Positions 6,867 to 16,837 of a stretch of 44,421 nucleotides of DNA are shown in pieces. The notes under the pieces are model-generated. The model was not told where the DNA came from. It saw only the letters and a list, made by a program, of their open reading frames with translations, and did not search any database. The stretch's first letter is position 1. Each line of letters begins with the position of its first letter. Position numbers and translations under genes: made by a program. Origin of the DNA: a virus (lineage: Duplodnaviria > Caudoviricetes); the IMG/VR virus record IMGVR_UViG_3300032212_000031, positions 1-44,421 of that record; one strand, written 5' to 3'.

Positions 6867-9683
6867 TCATGGGTAGCACTCAAAACGAACGTTGGTCAGC
6901 TCTGAATATGTTATGCAATTCACTTGAAGTCCAGTTTCGGTCCACTTTGTGAAAAGAACACGGCATGTATCCGACCCCGATGCCGGGTCAGCAATACGGA
7001 CAATCTCTGTATCGTCTATTACACCCTGGACGCTTGTCCCGTCTGACCCATAACGATGCACATAGCTATTATTTGAGGCATCCGCCTGCCACGACACGAA
7101 CCCATCGCTTGCCCGAAGCCGCGCGCCGTTATTCACATCGGCCCTGGCAATAACATATGACGGGCGAAAACCCGGCAGAATGTCCACACTGCCCGTCGCC
7201 GCGAACTGGTGAGATACCACCACAGGAGTTGCGCTGGCGTGTCCCGCGTTGCGGCGCACGTAGAGCGGAATATTGGCGTTCCACACGCCACTAATACTAG
7301 TGTCCAGAAGCGACATACCCGCCGGGACGCCAAGAAGATCATTGTCCTCAATAAAGCAATCTTCGCCGATGTTGCTGGTCGTCGTTTTGGTTTGATAGAA
7401 CAGATTGTCTGGATATTCAGACCTGTTTTCAACGAACGTGTTTGACCGGAAATACAGGCCCTTGCAGTAGTCTGAGCCGGTAGCCCCGACCGGGATAAGA
7501 CCAATTTTCGGTATATGAATCGCCTCACCTGCCGTTGGTCGTCCCCCTACATTGAAAGAATACCGCTCCGAGAATGGTCCGTATGGCACGCGCTGATCGA
7601 CCGTGGTGGTCAGCGCTGTTCCATTGTTCACAAATCTGTTGCTGTGAATGTCCACCCGCTGCCCCGCAACAACGCCGATAGACTGTTCCGCAGAGCCTTC
7701 AAGACGGTTCCCCCGCACTTCAACATCATGCGCGTTCCCACCCTCGATCAAAGCCCCGGCGATGTCCGTCAAAACATTTGCCTTGAGAGTGTTATCCACA
7801 ATCAAGGTTCTACCGCCGGAATAGTGCAGATTGGATGACATGAAAATTGTTGACTCTCCGCACCCTTCCGCGTGGTTACCCCTAATGGTACCCCCTTTGG
7901 TCGGGGACCATCCGATTGCGGAACGTTCACAATTAATAAAAGTATTACCCTCGATAAGACAGTTTTCAGTATCTTGATACCAAGCATCTCCGCCGCCCGG
8001 TACGCCGTAACTCTGTGCAAAGATAGCGTAGAATGGACCATCTTTTTTTCCGCAGCCATCGAACGTATTGTCTCGGAAGACGGCATCCTTACAGCCTTTG
8101 TCTAGGAGAGCTATACGCTTCACATTAAGGAACCGGACGCGCTTGATACGTGGGCGCGTGACCTTATTAAAACTGACGCATTCGCCGACAGCATTCAGGT
8201 TCGGATTTCGGCGGTCTGTTCCGGGATTAACTAGCAGATTTATATCTGCATATCCGCCTAGCGTCACAACGGCGGGTGCTGTTGAATAGCCCGACCCGCC
8301 AGTTGTGATGGTGACACTAGTCAAGGTGCCGCCGGAGATTGTGGCGTAACCAGCAGCCCCAGACCCGCCACCGCCGGTAAAGCGCAGCGCTACGGTAGAG
8401 GGCAGGTACGGTTCAGTCGCGTGACCATTCCACCCGCTGCCGCCAGAATTTATCGTAACGGACGTGACCGCATCGCCTGTTAGAACAGCGGTGAGATTCA
8501 CGCCGGAGATACCGGACGCCAACGCACCGCTACCCATCACATAGTCGGCTTGCGGGTCGGTAACGGCCGTTCCATCCGCTTGAGAGAGCCAGCGGGTTGT
8601 GACCCAACCAGTACCGTCTATTGTGCAGTCCAAAATACCAAGATCGCTATCGAGACGTGCCGACGAAGCAGCGTCAACTGTGCTATTCTTCAACCAAGTA
8701 TCATTCACACCAGTCGCGGGATGCACCTTGAGCGTCGTGCTGGTAGTGCCCGCGCCGCGCATGAAACACTTCGACGGCAGAGAAATCGCTGTCAGCGCAT
8801 AGGTCCGGTTCGCCCCCCCAAAAACCACGCCGCCACCAATGCTGCTCACATATGTGAAGATCTCGGTCCATGCTGATTCATCATCTGTCAACCCATCTCC
8901 GACCGCCCCGGAGTGCTCAAGCGTGAAGGGAGCAACCGGCAGGAACCCCGGAATATCGGCTAAATCTGTGGCCCCTGAGCTCGCCACAACCTGCAAGGCT
9001 CCGTACGCGCTGTCGCCCCAAGACCAGACTGTACCGTCAGCGACAGCATCCCCAGCCGCATCCATCCGCGCCTTGGCCGCGACCATGCGGGCACGAGTGG
9101 AGAAATCCGGGCCGGCTTCATACCACCTGACACCGCCCGCAGTGGTGCCGTGCTGATCCACCGCGCCGGAAGCCGCAACCTCAACAAATTGCCCGGAAAC
9201 CCGAATGATCGTTCCGGCTGTAACCGTCCCGTCTTGACCGGCGGTATAGGTCAGGAAGGTATCCGCCCCAAGATCGGTGATATTGTCGAAACGCGGACCG
9301 TCGAACAGAGCGGCCTGCGCGGCAGATGCTGCTGCTGCATCGCGGGCGTCTCGCGCTTCATCAACCAAGGACGGCGTGAGAACGGGCGACTGGTCAATAA
9401 TATCAGCTATATCGGCAGTTGCGGCTTGGGGAACGCCCATGTGGAAATTCAGATCCTCAGTCCGGTTTCCGCGCGGAACAGTCACATATCCTGTATAGTT
9501 TCCGGGATAGATGTCGAAATCTACCTGCCCGCTTACCCCAGTCTGAACTGTAACGGTTTCAGGGACAAGCGCATCGCCAGCCCCAACAACCGAACCGATG
9601 AAACGGAACGTGATGTCTTGCAGGGCCACAGGGTTTCCCTCACGATCACGAAATGTGCCGGTGATATTGCAAAGAGTGGCCAT
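6867..9683 (-). CDS. Tailspike / receptor-binding protein with right-handed beta-helix (pectate lyase-like depolymerase)
   Basis: 938 aa; N-terminal anchor domain; GAVGDGLTDD motif; repeated I.GN.F / V.GN strands. Confidence 0.85.
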   Translation of the reverse strand: MATLCNITGTFRDREGNPVALQDITFRFIGSVVGAGDALVPETVTVQTGVSGQVDFDIYPGNYTGYVTVPRGNRTEDLNFHMGVPQAATADIADIIDQSPVLTPSLVDEARDARDAAAASAAQAALFDGPRFDNITDLGADTFLTYTAGQDGTVTAGTIIRVSGQFVEVAASGAVDQHGTTAGGVRWYEAGPDFSTRARMVAAKARMDAAGDAVADGTVWSWGDSAYGALQVVASSGATDLADIPGFLPVAPFTLEHSGAVGDGLTDDESAWTEIFTYVSSIGGGVVFGGANRTYALTAISLPSKCFMRGAGTTSTTLKVHPATGVNDTWLKNSTVDAASSARLDSDLGILDCTIDGTGWVTTRWLSQADGTAVTDPQADYVMGSGALASGISGVNLTAVLTGDAVTSVTINSGGSGWNGHATEPYLPSTVALRFTGGGGSGAAGYATISGGTLTSVTITTGGSGYSTAPAVVTLGGYADINLLVNPGTDRRNPNLNAVGECVSFNKVTRPRIKRVRFLNVKRIALLDKGCKDAVFRDNTFDGCGKKDGPFYAIFAQSYGVPGGGDAWYQDTENCLIEGNTFINCERSAIGWSPTKGGTIRGNHAEGCGESTIFMSSNLHYSGGRTLIVDNTLKANVLTDIAGALIEGGNAHDVEVRGNRLEGSAEQSIGVVAGQRVDIHSNRFVNNGTALTTTVDQRVPYGPFSERYSFNVGGRPTAGEAIHIPKIGLIPVGATGSDYCKGLYFRSNTFVENRSEYPDNLFYQTKTTTSNIGEDCFIEDNDLLGVPAGMSLLDTSISGVWNANIPLYVRRNAGHASATPVVVSHQFAATGSVDILPGFRPSYVIARADVNNGARLRASDGFVSWQADASNNSYVHRYGSDGTSVQGVIDDTEIVRIADPASGSDTCRVLFTKWTETGLQVNCITYSELTNVRFECYP

Positions 9684-9710
9684 GTAGACCCTCCGTTTTT
9701 CAGGTGATGG

Positions 9711-10664
9711 TCAGTAGAACTTGATCGCGGTTGAAATGCCGCTTTCGATATTTCCGCTGGAGAAAAGCAGGCGCACAGCGTTGACCGCAGACGAGGCCGA
9801 AAGCTCGCCGCCTACGGTGAAAACACTCAGATTTCCGCTGTCCTTGATGTATGCGACCTCGCCCGTGAATCGCGTGGATCGCGCCGCTCCGGGGTGGTAT
9901 ATGGCCACCCTACCAGACACGCCGCCCTCATTTGCATCCGACCCGATTGGATCGACGGTGTGATTGAGGAGGGCCTTGGTATCCCCATTCGATCCATTGT
10001 TGCGCGCCACGTTGAGGGTCACGCCGTCCAGCGCCCATTTATAGGCAGACGCGCCGGTCTCCCATGTTGAACCGCCGTCGGTAGAGAATTCCATGTGCAG
10101 GTTGACCGAGTCCGTCGCGGGGATAAGCCCGTCCATCTCAAGGACAACCTTGCGAGGCGACCCGGTCCATGTATGGGAAACGGACGCCGAGGCCGAGGCC
10201 GTCACATCGTCCACGTTGGCGGCGGTGTAGCTGGCAACTGCGGCCTTGAGCTTGGCTGGTGTGATGAACTTCTCGCCCGTTGCCGTTCCTGCATTCCAGA
10301 CGCCTTGCGTCGATACCCTGTCGGCCTCCTCCTGCAAGGCCAGTCCCTTGAGCGACATAAGCGTTCGGATCGCGGCATAATCCGCCGCCGACAGGACCGC
10401 GCGCACATTTGCGCTTGTGCCCAGAAGCTCGACGCCGCTTGCCGCAGAATTAATCTTCACGAGCGCATCACCATTACCGGTCAGATCGGGAAGGTTGGCC
10501 GCGACAAGGGCATTGGACAGGGCTTCGTTGAAGTCGGACGTATCAGACATGTAATCAACCAGTGTTTCCCAGAAAGCCACGTTGGCTTCCACCCGATCAT
10601 TGAACGTGTCGGGCTGACTGCGCAGGGCGGGATCCGGGACAGTTGGCTTCGTTGGTTTTGCCAT
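9711..10664 (-). CDS. Tail fibre / minor tail protein
   Basis: Start MAKPTKP with AAGGA RBS; FITPAKL fibre motif; C-terminal beta domain ending AVRLLFSSGNI. Confidence 0.75.
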   Translation of the reverse strand: MAKPTKPTVPDPALRSQPDTFNDRVEANVAFWETLVDYMSDTSDFNEALSNALVAANLPDLTGNGDALVKINSAASGVELLGTSANVRAVLSAADYAAIRTLMSLKGLALQEEADRVSTQGVWNAGTATGEKFITPAKLKAAVASYTAANVDDVTASASASVSHTWTGSPRKVVLEMDGLIPATDSVNLHMEFSTDGGSTWETGASAYKWALDGVTLNVARNNGSNGDTKALLNHTVDPIGSDANEGGVSGRVAIYHPGAARSTRFTGEVAYIKDSGNLSVFTVGGELSASSAVNAVRLLFSSGNIESGISTAIKFY

Positions 10665-10666
10665 GA

Positions 10667-11614
10667 TCAAACCATTCCTTGAACTTGGAGAGAGAAAATG
10701 CATTCCGGCCCGCTTTGATAAACCATCCGGTAATCGCGGGCGAAGCCGTATGCCGTGGTCGCCATATAAGACCGGTCATCGCCAACCCAAACCGCCGGAG
10801 CGCCGCCACGTAGCGCGCGCAGTTTTTCGAACGTGGTCAGGATGCCTGTCGTGGGGGTGATGATCTCGTAATCGAAAACGCGCGTTGCCTCGCGCACTAC
10901 GCGCGTGAGATTGCCGAATTCATCGTTCTGAACATAGCTGAAATCCAGCCCGGCCCACCCGGTGCCCGGAACAACCACATCGCCAATGTCAGTAGTTCGC
11001 CCAAGGACAAGTTGGCCAATCTTGGCGGTTCCGCCAGTGTTTGTGATAGCCACCTCCCACACCGCAGTTCCATAGGCGGGCAAATCGGTAAGGACAAACT
11101 CGGTGAGCGGGGTTAGCGGTTGAAAATAATAGTCATACCAACTGCCCACGTAATCGTCGTCATAAAGATCGACGGTCGCAGAATAGATAACCTCGTCTGG
11201 TGATCCGGGAACAGTTCCGGTGACCGTGACAGAAGAGCCAGAGATATTGAACCCAGCCATACCGCCGATGAACTCGCCCGGTGTGATTTCGACGGTAATG
11301 CTTTCTGCACGCTCACTCTGGACGCTCGGTTTATGGTCGAACATCTTCCACCGGTTTGTAGCGCTGATGATTTGCCAATTCACGGGATTTGGATCGTCAA
11401 TAAGCGGATCCGCAAGGGCCGCCGTTTCAACGTCAGGATCATTGCCGAGATTGGTGTCTGTCAGGCTCCTATAGACTGTATGCGTTGTCGTGCTGATGCA
11501 ATAATCGCCCCGGCTATATGTCGTGCTGATGTCATAGGCGGCATAATCGGTTTCTGCGATGTCACTGGATGTCAGTTTCGCGTCGGTCATGGCAATCGGC
11601 GTGATGATCTTCAT
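10667..11614 (-). CDS. Tail tip protein directly after TMP, with carbohydrate-binding-like N-terminal insert
   Basis: Synteny; YAAYDISTTYSRGD...H.VY.S.....GNDP...W pattern. Confidence 0.7.
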   Translation of the reverse strand: MKIITPIAMTDAKLTSSDIAETDYAAYDISTTYSRGDYCISTTTHTVYRSLTDTNLGNDPDVETAALADPLIDDPNPVNWQIISATNRWKMFDHKPSVQSERAESITVEITPGEFIGGMAGFNISGSSVTVTGTVPGSPDEVIYSATVDLYDDDYVGSWYDYYFQPLTPLTEFVLTDLPAYGTAVWEVAITNTGGTAKIGQLVLGRTTDIGDVVVPGTGWAGLDFSYVQNDEFGNLTRVVREATRVFDYEIITPTTGILTTFEKLRALRGGAPAVWVGDDRSYMATTAYGFARDYRMVYQSGPECIFSLQVQGMV

Positions 11615-14600
11615 GCGGCAGGCTCCAGGTCGGCGCGTTCCTGAATTGCAAGAATCTTAGACTGAATGCGCGCATTGTTCAGATCACCAGACCGGATCGC
11701 AGTCAGAATTTCCCGCAACAGGCTCCGCTCTTCGATATTGGCGTTTTCAATCGCCTTCGCCGCACTGGTCGTGTACCCAGCGGACGAATTGGCAAAAACC
11801 TGATCGGCAAGCGTTCTGAACATAGACCTGCTATTGAGCGCATCATCCAGATTGATTGCCTGTTCTGTGATTTCAGCGAACGCCGGGGCCAGTTGCAGAA
11901 GCGCGGCAACAAGATCGCTGTCACCTGCGGCATCCGCCGCCTCCACCATGTCGCGGAACTGGCGGCGCGTTCGGGGCATGACGCCTGCGCCAAGCTGCGC
12001 AAACTCTGCCGAAAGCAATTCCGTCGCGCGGGCCAGTCGCTCGCTGTCTGAAAAGAAGTTCTGATAGTAGATGGACGCCGCCGCATTGAACTGATCGAGC
12101 GACCCGAACAGATCGACGAACGCCGACGCCGCATCGCCCCCGGCCAGTCCGATATCGTATAGCGCCAGCCCCAGATTGCCCATCCAGTAATTGACACCGA
12201 CAAGGCTATTCGCAAGGCGAGTAAGCGTATCGTATGCGCCCTCACCTTCGCGCGAAAACGCTTCCAATCCATCAACCAGCGCCGCCATATCGTCTCCGAC
12301 ACCGCGAAGTGCCGCTTCCAGCGCTGCCGCTGCCTCACTTTCGTCCATGCCGTAGAAGCTAACTTTCAGATCGGCGGCGAAGTTGTCGAATATGTCTGTT
12401 GCGAAACCAAGTGCCTCAGCACCGGCCCGAACTCCGTCTTGCAGGCTCTGCACGGTTTGTTCGACAAACGCTTGGGTCTCAGCGTCCGCATCCTTGTAGG
12501 TCGTGCGGTAGGACCGGCCACCAAAAGCGCGCACCTTTTTGATCTCGGTGAATTCGCGCGCAAGAACGCCCATCTGGTCAATGGTAATCGCCAAGCCGTT
12601 ATTCGTCTGCTTGGTCCGGGTTCGCAGGAGCGAGAACGCCGCCGCTGCGATGCCCAAAACGGGCAATGCCGCGCCAATTGAAGCAAGAATGCCGCCGCCC
12701 GCCGCTGCTGCATTTGCGCCAATGCTGAATATGTTGCCAAGCCCACCGCTCAGCGCGTTACCAAGACCGCCAAGAAGGCCAGCGCCACCGCCCAGCCCGC
12801 CCATTCCAAAGATGCCGCCAGCGTTGCCGAATGAACCTAATATGCCACCCCCGCCGCCGAACAGTCCGCCAAGCAGTCCGCCGCCACCGCCGCCAACCCC
12901 GGCAATTGATTTTCCTACAGCGGCCACGCCACCGCCAGAAATACCAAGACCGATCATGATCCGGTTGCGCACGGCCATTGCAATCATTTGTGAAAGAAGG
13001 TTGCGGAACGTGTCCAAAACGGCCTGCGCAAACCCGCGAAAATCTCTGAACCCGCGCGCCACAAAATCCCCGAAAGCATTTGACACGCTGTCAATTCCGC
13101 GCAGAAGCGCGCCGCCAAGTTCGCGGCCCATATCTGCGGCGGATCGAACGCCCTTTTCCAATGCGTCCGCGAAGCCATCGGCGAAGGTTGTTGCCTCTTC
13201 AATCTTCTTGGCAGCCTCTTCCGTCGCGCCGCTCACTCCTATCGTGGCACCCTCAACTTCATTCAAGCTATCTGCAAGACGTTCTGACGTGTAGCTATAC
13301 GCTTCAGTTTCGGCACGGATTTCCGCCATGATCTGGCGCGTGCGCTCCAAGGCAGAACCGCGCTCTGCTGCGGCAGCGTCATATCGCGGATCGCGCGGAT
13401 CGTAGATTATCGGCATATTCGCGGCTTGTGCTTCTGCGCCAATAAGACCCATCATCGCCATCGCCCGATTCAATGAAATCCCGAGGCTTGCCGCAAGTTC
13501 TTGGGCACCTGTGATTGCAGATCCAAAGTCAATTCCAGAAACAGCATAACTCAGCCGTTCACCTTCGTCAGCGGCGTCGCCCGCCGCTTCGCCCAGGATA
13601 ATCGTCTCGCCGGTTGCGTTGGCAAGGGCGGTTTCGATCAATTCTATGGCTGCGATTGCGGCGGTATACTCGGCATCGGTTTCCCCGGCAACTGCAAGTA
13701 AATCCTGCTGGGCTGCGACGGCTGAGCGAAGCGCTGCAAGCTGGTCCTGCATTCGGCTAAGTAATAGCTCTTCAAGCTGCACATCGCCTTCATAAGTGTT
13801 CAGGTTCGCGCGGGTTTCTGCCAAAGCCGCTTGGATAGCCATTTGGCGCTCAACAAGTTCCTGATAGCCAGCACTGGCGCGGATTGCCTGCTCGAGTTCC
13901 TGGCGCTGCGCGTCCGCAGATGCCAAGTGCGCGCGCGCCTGTGCCAGCTTAACACCAGCAACGTCAATAGACATTTCACGGCCTTCTGTCAGGCTACCGG
14001 TAAGAGCGTCTGACATTGCGATTTCTTGGTTTATCCCGGCAGCCGCAGCTATCGAAGTGTCAGTGACTGCTTGATTGCCCTCAGCAATCCCGAACAAATC
14101 AAGAGTAAGCCTGCCAGTCAGCCGCATCAACGATGAAAAACCATTGATCAGCGAAGAGACGCCCCGCACTATCTCAGTAGTCAGGCCAATCAGCGCGCGC
14201 AGAGCAGCAGTTAAGCCAGCATCTCCAAGAGCAATGACAAGCCCCTGCACCGATGACCAGAGACTATCCAAATCGCCGCCGAGGTTGTCGCGCATGGTTT
14301 CTGCCATGCGACGTGCCTCGCCTTCGACATTGCCAAGCTCTGCGGTTAGTTCGCGCAACCTGTCATTTTGAGAAACCAAGGCCAGAATAGCCGGACCGCC
14401 CCGATCACCGAAGATGGTCAAGGCATCAGCCGCACTAAGGCCGGAAGCCGCGAGGGTTTCCACAATGTCCGTAAGGTCATTTGCCTGCGGGTTCACATCA
14501 CCGATTGCAACGCCAAGACGCTGCAATGTCACCACCGCTTCTTCGGTCGGATTTGCGAGGGATGACAAGACGCGCCGCAGGCCGGTGCCCGCCGCGCTAC

Positions 14601-15285
14601 CCTGAATACCGGCATCAGACAAAACGCCGACAGCCGCCGCCGCGTCGCCAAGATCAATGGCCAGCGCAGACGCCACCGGCCCGACAAACGACATTGCGCT
14701 GCCGAGCTGGGAAACATCTGTGTTCGCGCGACTGGACGCAGCCGCCAGAACGTCTGCAACATCGGCAGAGTCAGCCGCCGCGATGCCAAATGCGCTCATA
14801 ATGTTTGATGCGGTATCTGCGGCCTGCGCAAGATCCATACTGGCCGCCGTTGCAAGGTCAAGAACTGCCGGGATTGCGGCGATGCCTTCTGCCGCTGTGA
14901 ACCCGGCCATGCCGAGAAATCGCAAGCCACCAGCCGCTTGCGCCGCCGTGAACTCTGTCGTGGTGCCGAGTGCAGCAGCGGTTGCCCGCAGGCGCACCAT
15001 CTCTGCATCAGTGGCCCGCGTGATCGCGCCGACTTGGGCCATTGAACGCTCAAAATCTGCAATCACTCTGACTGCCGCGCCAAAGCCAACGGCAGAAACC
15101 ACCATACCGGCAATCGACCCGGCAATGCGCGCCGCAGAGGCCGCCATTCCGCGCCCTGCTCGCTCAAAGCCTGTGGCCGCCCGCTCCGCGCCCTGCGCGC
15201 GCGTCCTGAACCGATTGAGCGAGTCACCAGCCCGGTTGACCGGACGGCTATCCACTTCCAGTCCAAGAGATGCTGCAATGTCCAT
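11611..15285 (-). CDS. Tail tape measure protein (TP901-type core)
   Basis: 1224 aa Ala/Gly-rich; FE.SM..V.AIT.AT, TEFTA, GIQGS.AGT motifs; synteny. Confidence 0.95.
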   Translation of the reverse strand: MDIAASLGLEVDSRPVNRAGDSLNRFRTRAQGAERAATGFERAGRGMAASAARIAGSIAGMVVSAVGFGAAVRVIADFERSMAQVGAITRATDAEMVRLRATAAALGTTTEFTAAQAAGGLRFLGMAGFTAAEGIAAIPAVLDLATAASMDLAQAADTASNIMSAFGIAAADSADVADVLAAASSRANTDVSQLGSAMSFVGPVASALAIDLGDAAAAVGVLSDAGIQGSAAGTGLRRVLSSLANPTEEAVVTLQRLGVAIGDVNPQANDLTDIVETLAASGLSAADALTIFGDRGGPAILALVSQNDRLRELTAELGNVEGEARRMAETMRDNLGGDLDSLWSSVQGLVIALGDAGLTAALRALIGLTTEIVRGVSSLINGFSSLMRLTGRLTLDLFGIAEGNQAVTDTSIAAAAGINQEIAMSDALTGSLTEGREMSIDVAGVKLAQARAHLASADAQRQELEQAIRASAGYQELVERQMAIQAALAETRANLNTYEGDVQLEELLLSRMQDQLAALRSAVAAQQDLLAVAGETDAEYTAAIAAIELIETALANATGETIILGEAAGDAADEGERLSYAVSGIDFGSAITGAQELAASLGISLNRAMAMMGLIGAEAQAANMPIIYDPRDPRYDAAAAERGSALERTRQIMAEIRAETEAYSYTSERLADSLNEVEGATIGVSGATEEAAKKIEEATTFADGFADALEKGVRSAADMGRELGGALLRGIDSVSNAFGDFVARGFRDFRGFAQAVLDTFRNLLSQMIAMAVRNRIMIGLGISGGGVAAVGKSIAGVGGGGGGLLGGLFGGGGGILGSFGNAGGIFGMGGLGGGAGLLGGLGNALSGGLGNIFSIGANAAAAGGGILASIGAALPVLGIAAAAFSLLRTRTKQTNNGLAITIDQMGVLAREFTEIKKVRAFGGRSYRTTYKDADAETQAFVEQTVQSLQDGVRAGAEALGFATDIFDNFAADLKVSFYGMDESEAAAALEAALRGVGDDMAALVDGLEAFSREGEGAYDTLTRLANSLVGVNYWMGNLGLALYDIGLAGGDAASAFVDLFGSLDQFNAAASIYYQNFFSDSERLARATELLSAEFAQLGAGVMPRTRRQFRDMVEAADAAGDSDLVAALLQLAPAFAEITEQAINLDDALNSRSMFRTLADQVFANSSAGYTTSAAKAIENANIEERSLLREILTAIRSGDLNNARIQSKILAIQERADLEPAA

Positions 15286-15342
15286 TTTGGACCTCGAAGA
15301 TATGAGCGGTGAAGGATGTATTTTGGAGGTGACGGCACCCCG

Positions 15343-15765
15343 TTAGAGGTGCGCGTCTGTGTTTTGAACAGAGAAAGGCTCACGACGAAGCGGGTTCTTC
15401 GCAGCCTCAATTTCTGACAGATATGACCGGCTCATTTGTATCAGCGCATGGAATTCCCAAGGCTCCGATATCGCGTCGGTCGCATCTGCAAACGCTTTGA
15501 GGTTCGGCCAATCAAGCGGCAACCGGCCCATGCCGCTCTCAACAAAGGCCCCGGCCTCAAAGAACGCCGTGATCAGATAAGCCCCGGCCTCTGGATCTGG
15601 TATGTTCGGGGTCTTACCCTCAATCTCGATCTGTTTCTGCCGATTGTGCGGCCATGACTTTGGCGTCTTACCTTTGCCTGTTTTGTGTTCCGGTGTCGAA
15701 TGAAGCCACCCGAATTGCCGTGCACAGCGTGTCAGGTCTTGGACGCGCTGGCCGAGAAGTTTCCC
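15343..15765 (-). CDS. Tail assembly chaperone T segment, expressed as a G-T fusion by -1 frameshift
   Basis: The -1 frame from GGGAAAC (15759-15765) is open continuously into the 15343-15531 ORF. Confidence 0.8.
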   Translation of the reverse strand, partial: GKLLGQRVQDLTRCARQFGWLHSTPEHKTGKGKTPKSWPHNRQKQIEIEGKTPNIPDPEAGAYLITAFFEAGAFVESGMGRLPLDWPNLKAFADATDAISEPWEFHALIQMSRSYLSEIEAAKNPLRREPFSVQNTDAHL

Positions 15766-16247
15766 ATGTCACCGGCAAACTCAATGATCTGTTTTGCAAA
15801 TGGCGTGTTGACCAACTCAAAGTCTGGGATTTGGATCGCGTTCCCGTTGCTATCCTTGCCATCGCGCAGGATTGGTTCGCCGTCATCGTCACGCTTGCTG
15901 TCCATCGCCGGAAATGTCAGATCCAGAAGCCGACGGTATCCGTCTACATCCGTTACCGGCTCGCCACCAATTTCGACATTCTCCATCCCCGCGACATAGG
16001 CCATAGCGGTGTCAATCAGCGTCTTGTGTAGACGCTCCATTGCCGCCGCATCGTCGCCCTTCGTCTTTTTGGCCTTGCGGGTCATTTCGGCCAATCGGCT
16101 TTGCGCCGTCCGGGCCGCCACACCGCGCACAATGACAACCGGGGCGTCGTCGCCTTCGCCAAGCGGCTCGCCCGTGTCAGGGTCGCACAGGATCATGCGC
16201 GCGCCAGTTTCAGACCGACCGCGCGTGTCGAATTTTGAAAAGTCCAT
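15732..16247 (-). CDS. Tail assembly chaperone (gpG-like)
   Basis: Between major tail and TMP genes; slippery heptamer near its 3' end. Confidence 0.85.
   Translation of the reverse strand: MDFSKFDTRGRSETGARMILCDPDTGEPLGEGDDAPVVIVRGVAARTAQSRLAEMTRKAKKTKGDDAAAMERLHKTLIDTAMAYVAGMENVEIGGEPVTDVDGYRRLLDLTFPAMDSKRDDDGEPILRDGKDSNGNAIQIPDFELVNTPFAKQIIEFAGDMGNFSASASKT
15759..15765 (-). promoter_or_regulatory. Programmed -1 ribosomal frameshift site G GGA AAC
   Basis: XXXYYYZ heptamer in the correct phase (ATG GGA AAC), as in lambda G/GT. Confidence 0.8.
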
Positions 16248-16323
16248 GTTTATTTTCCTGATTGGTTCAATGGTTCAGAATGGGCGGGGCAATGGTGAAC
16301 CACTCCGGCCCCGCCCGCCGTGC

Positions 16324-16761
16324 TTAGACTGTTGCCGTCCGCACGGTTGCGCTGTTCACCGCGATGGTGAACTGGATGCCAGCCTTGGTATTGGCGTCCT
16401 GTTCCAGCGTCCGCAGATTGCGGACGAGGCCGTAGAAATACCAAGTCTGCGTCGGGCCAGCCAACTCGAACGAATGCTCGACGCTTCCACCGTTGGCGGC
16501 CTCGATGATGACCATGCCCGCGTCGGTGAAGTCCTCACCATCGATCATGACGTTGACCTCGCCGCCGTCCTTGGCACCGTTTGAGTGCTTGGTGCGGCCC
16601 GTTTTCAGAAGGGTTGCGGCCAGATCTTCATGGGTATCTCCGATTTCGCCCGCCGAGATGACATTGCCGATCTCTGTGAACGACTTTGCGCCGTAGGTCG
16701 ATGCATCTTCCGGGCTGGTAGCGCCAGAGACAACGGAAAGTGTTCCGCCAATATAGCTCAT
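16324..16761 (-). CDS. Major tail tube protein
   Basis: 145 aa; EIG.V...GEIG, G.KDGG and YF.G.V motifs; strong AGGAGG RBS; synteny. Confidence 0.85.
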   Translation of the reverse strand: MSYIGGTLSVVSGATSPEDASTYGAKSFTEIGNVISAGEIGDTHEDLAATLLKTGRTKHSNGAKDGGEVNVMIDGEDFTDAGMVIIEAANGGSVEHSFELAGPTQTWYFYGLVRNLRTLEQDANTKAGIQFTIAVNSATVRTATV

Positions 16762-16837
16762 AACAGAGCCTCCTATTTTGTGGGATTATCCGGGCCTATC
16801 CCGCAAAGCGGAAGGAGGCCGCCCGGAAGCCTCCTAT

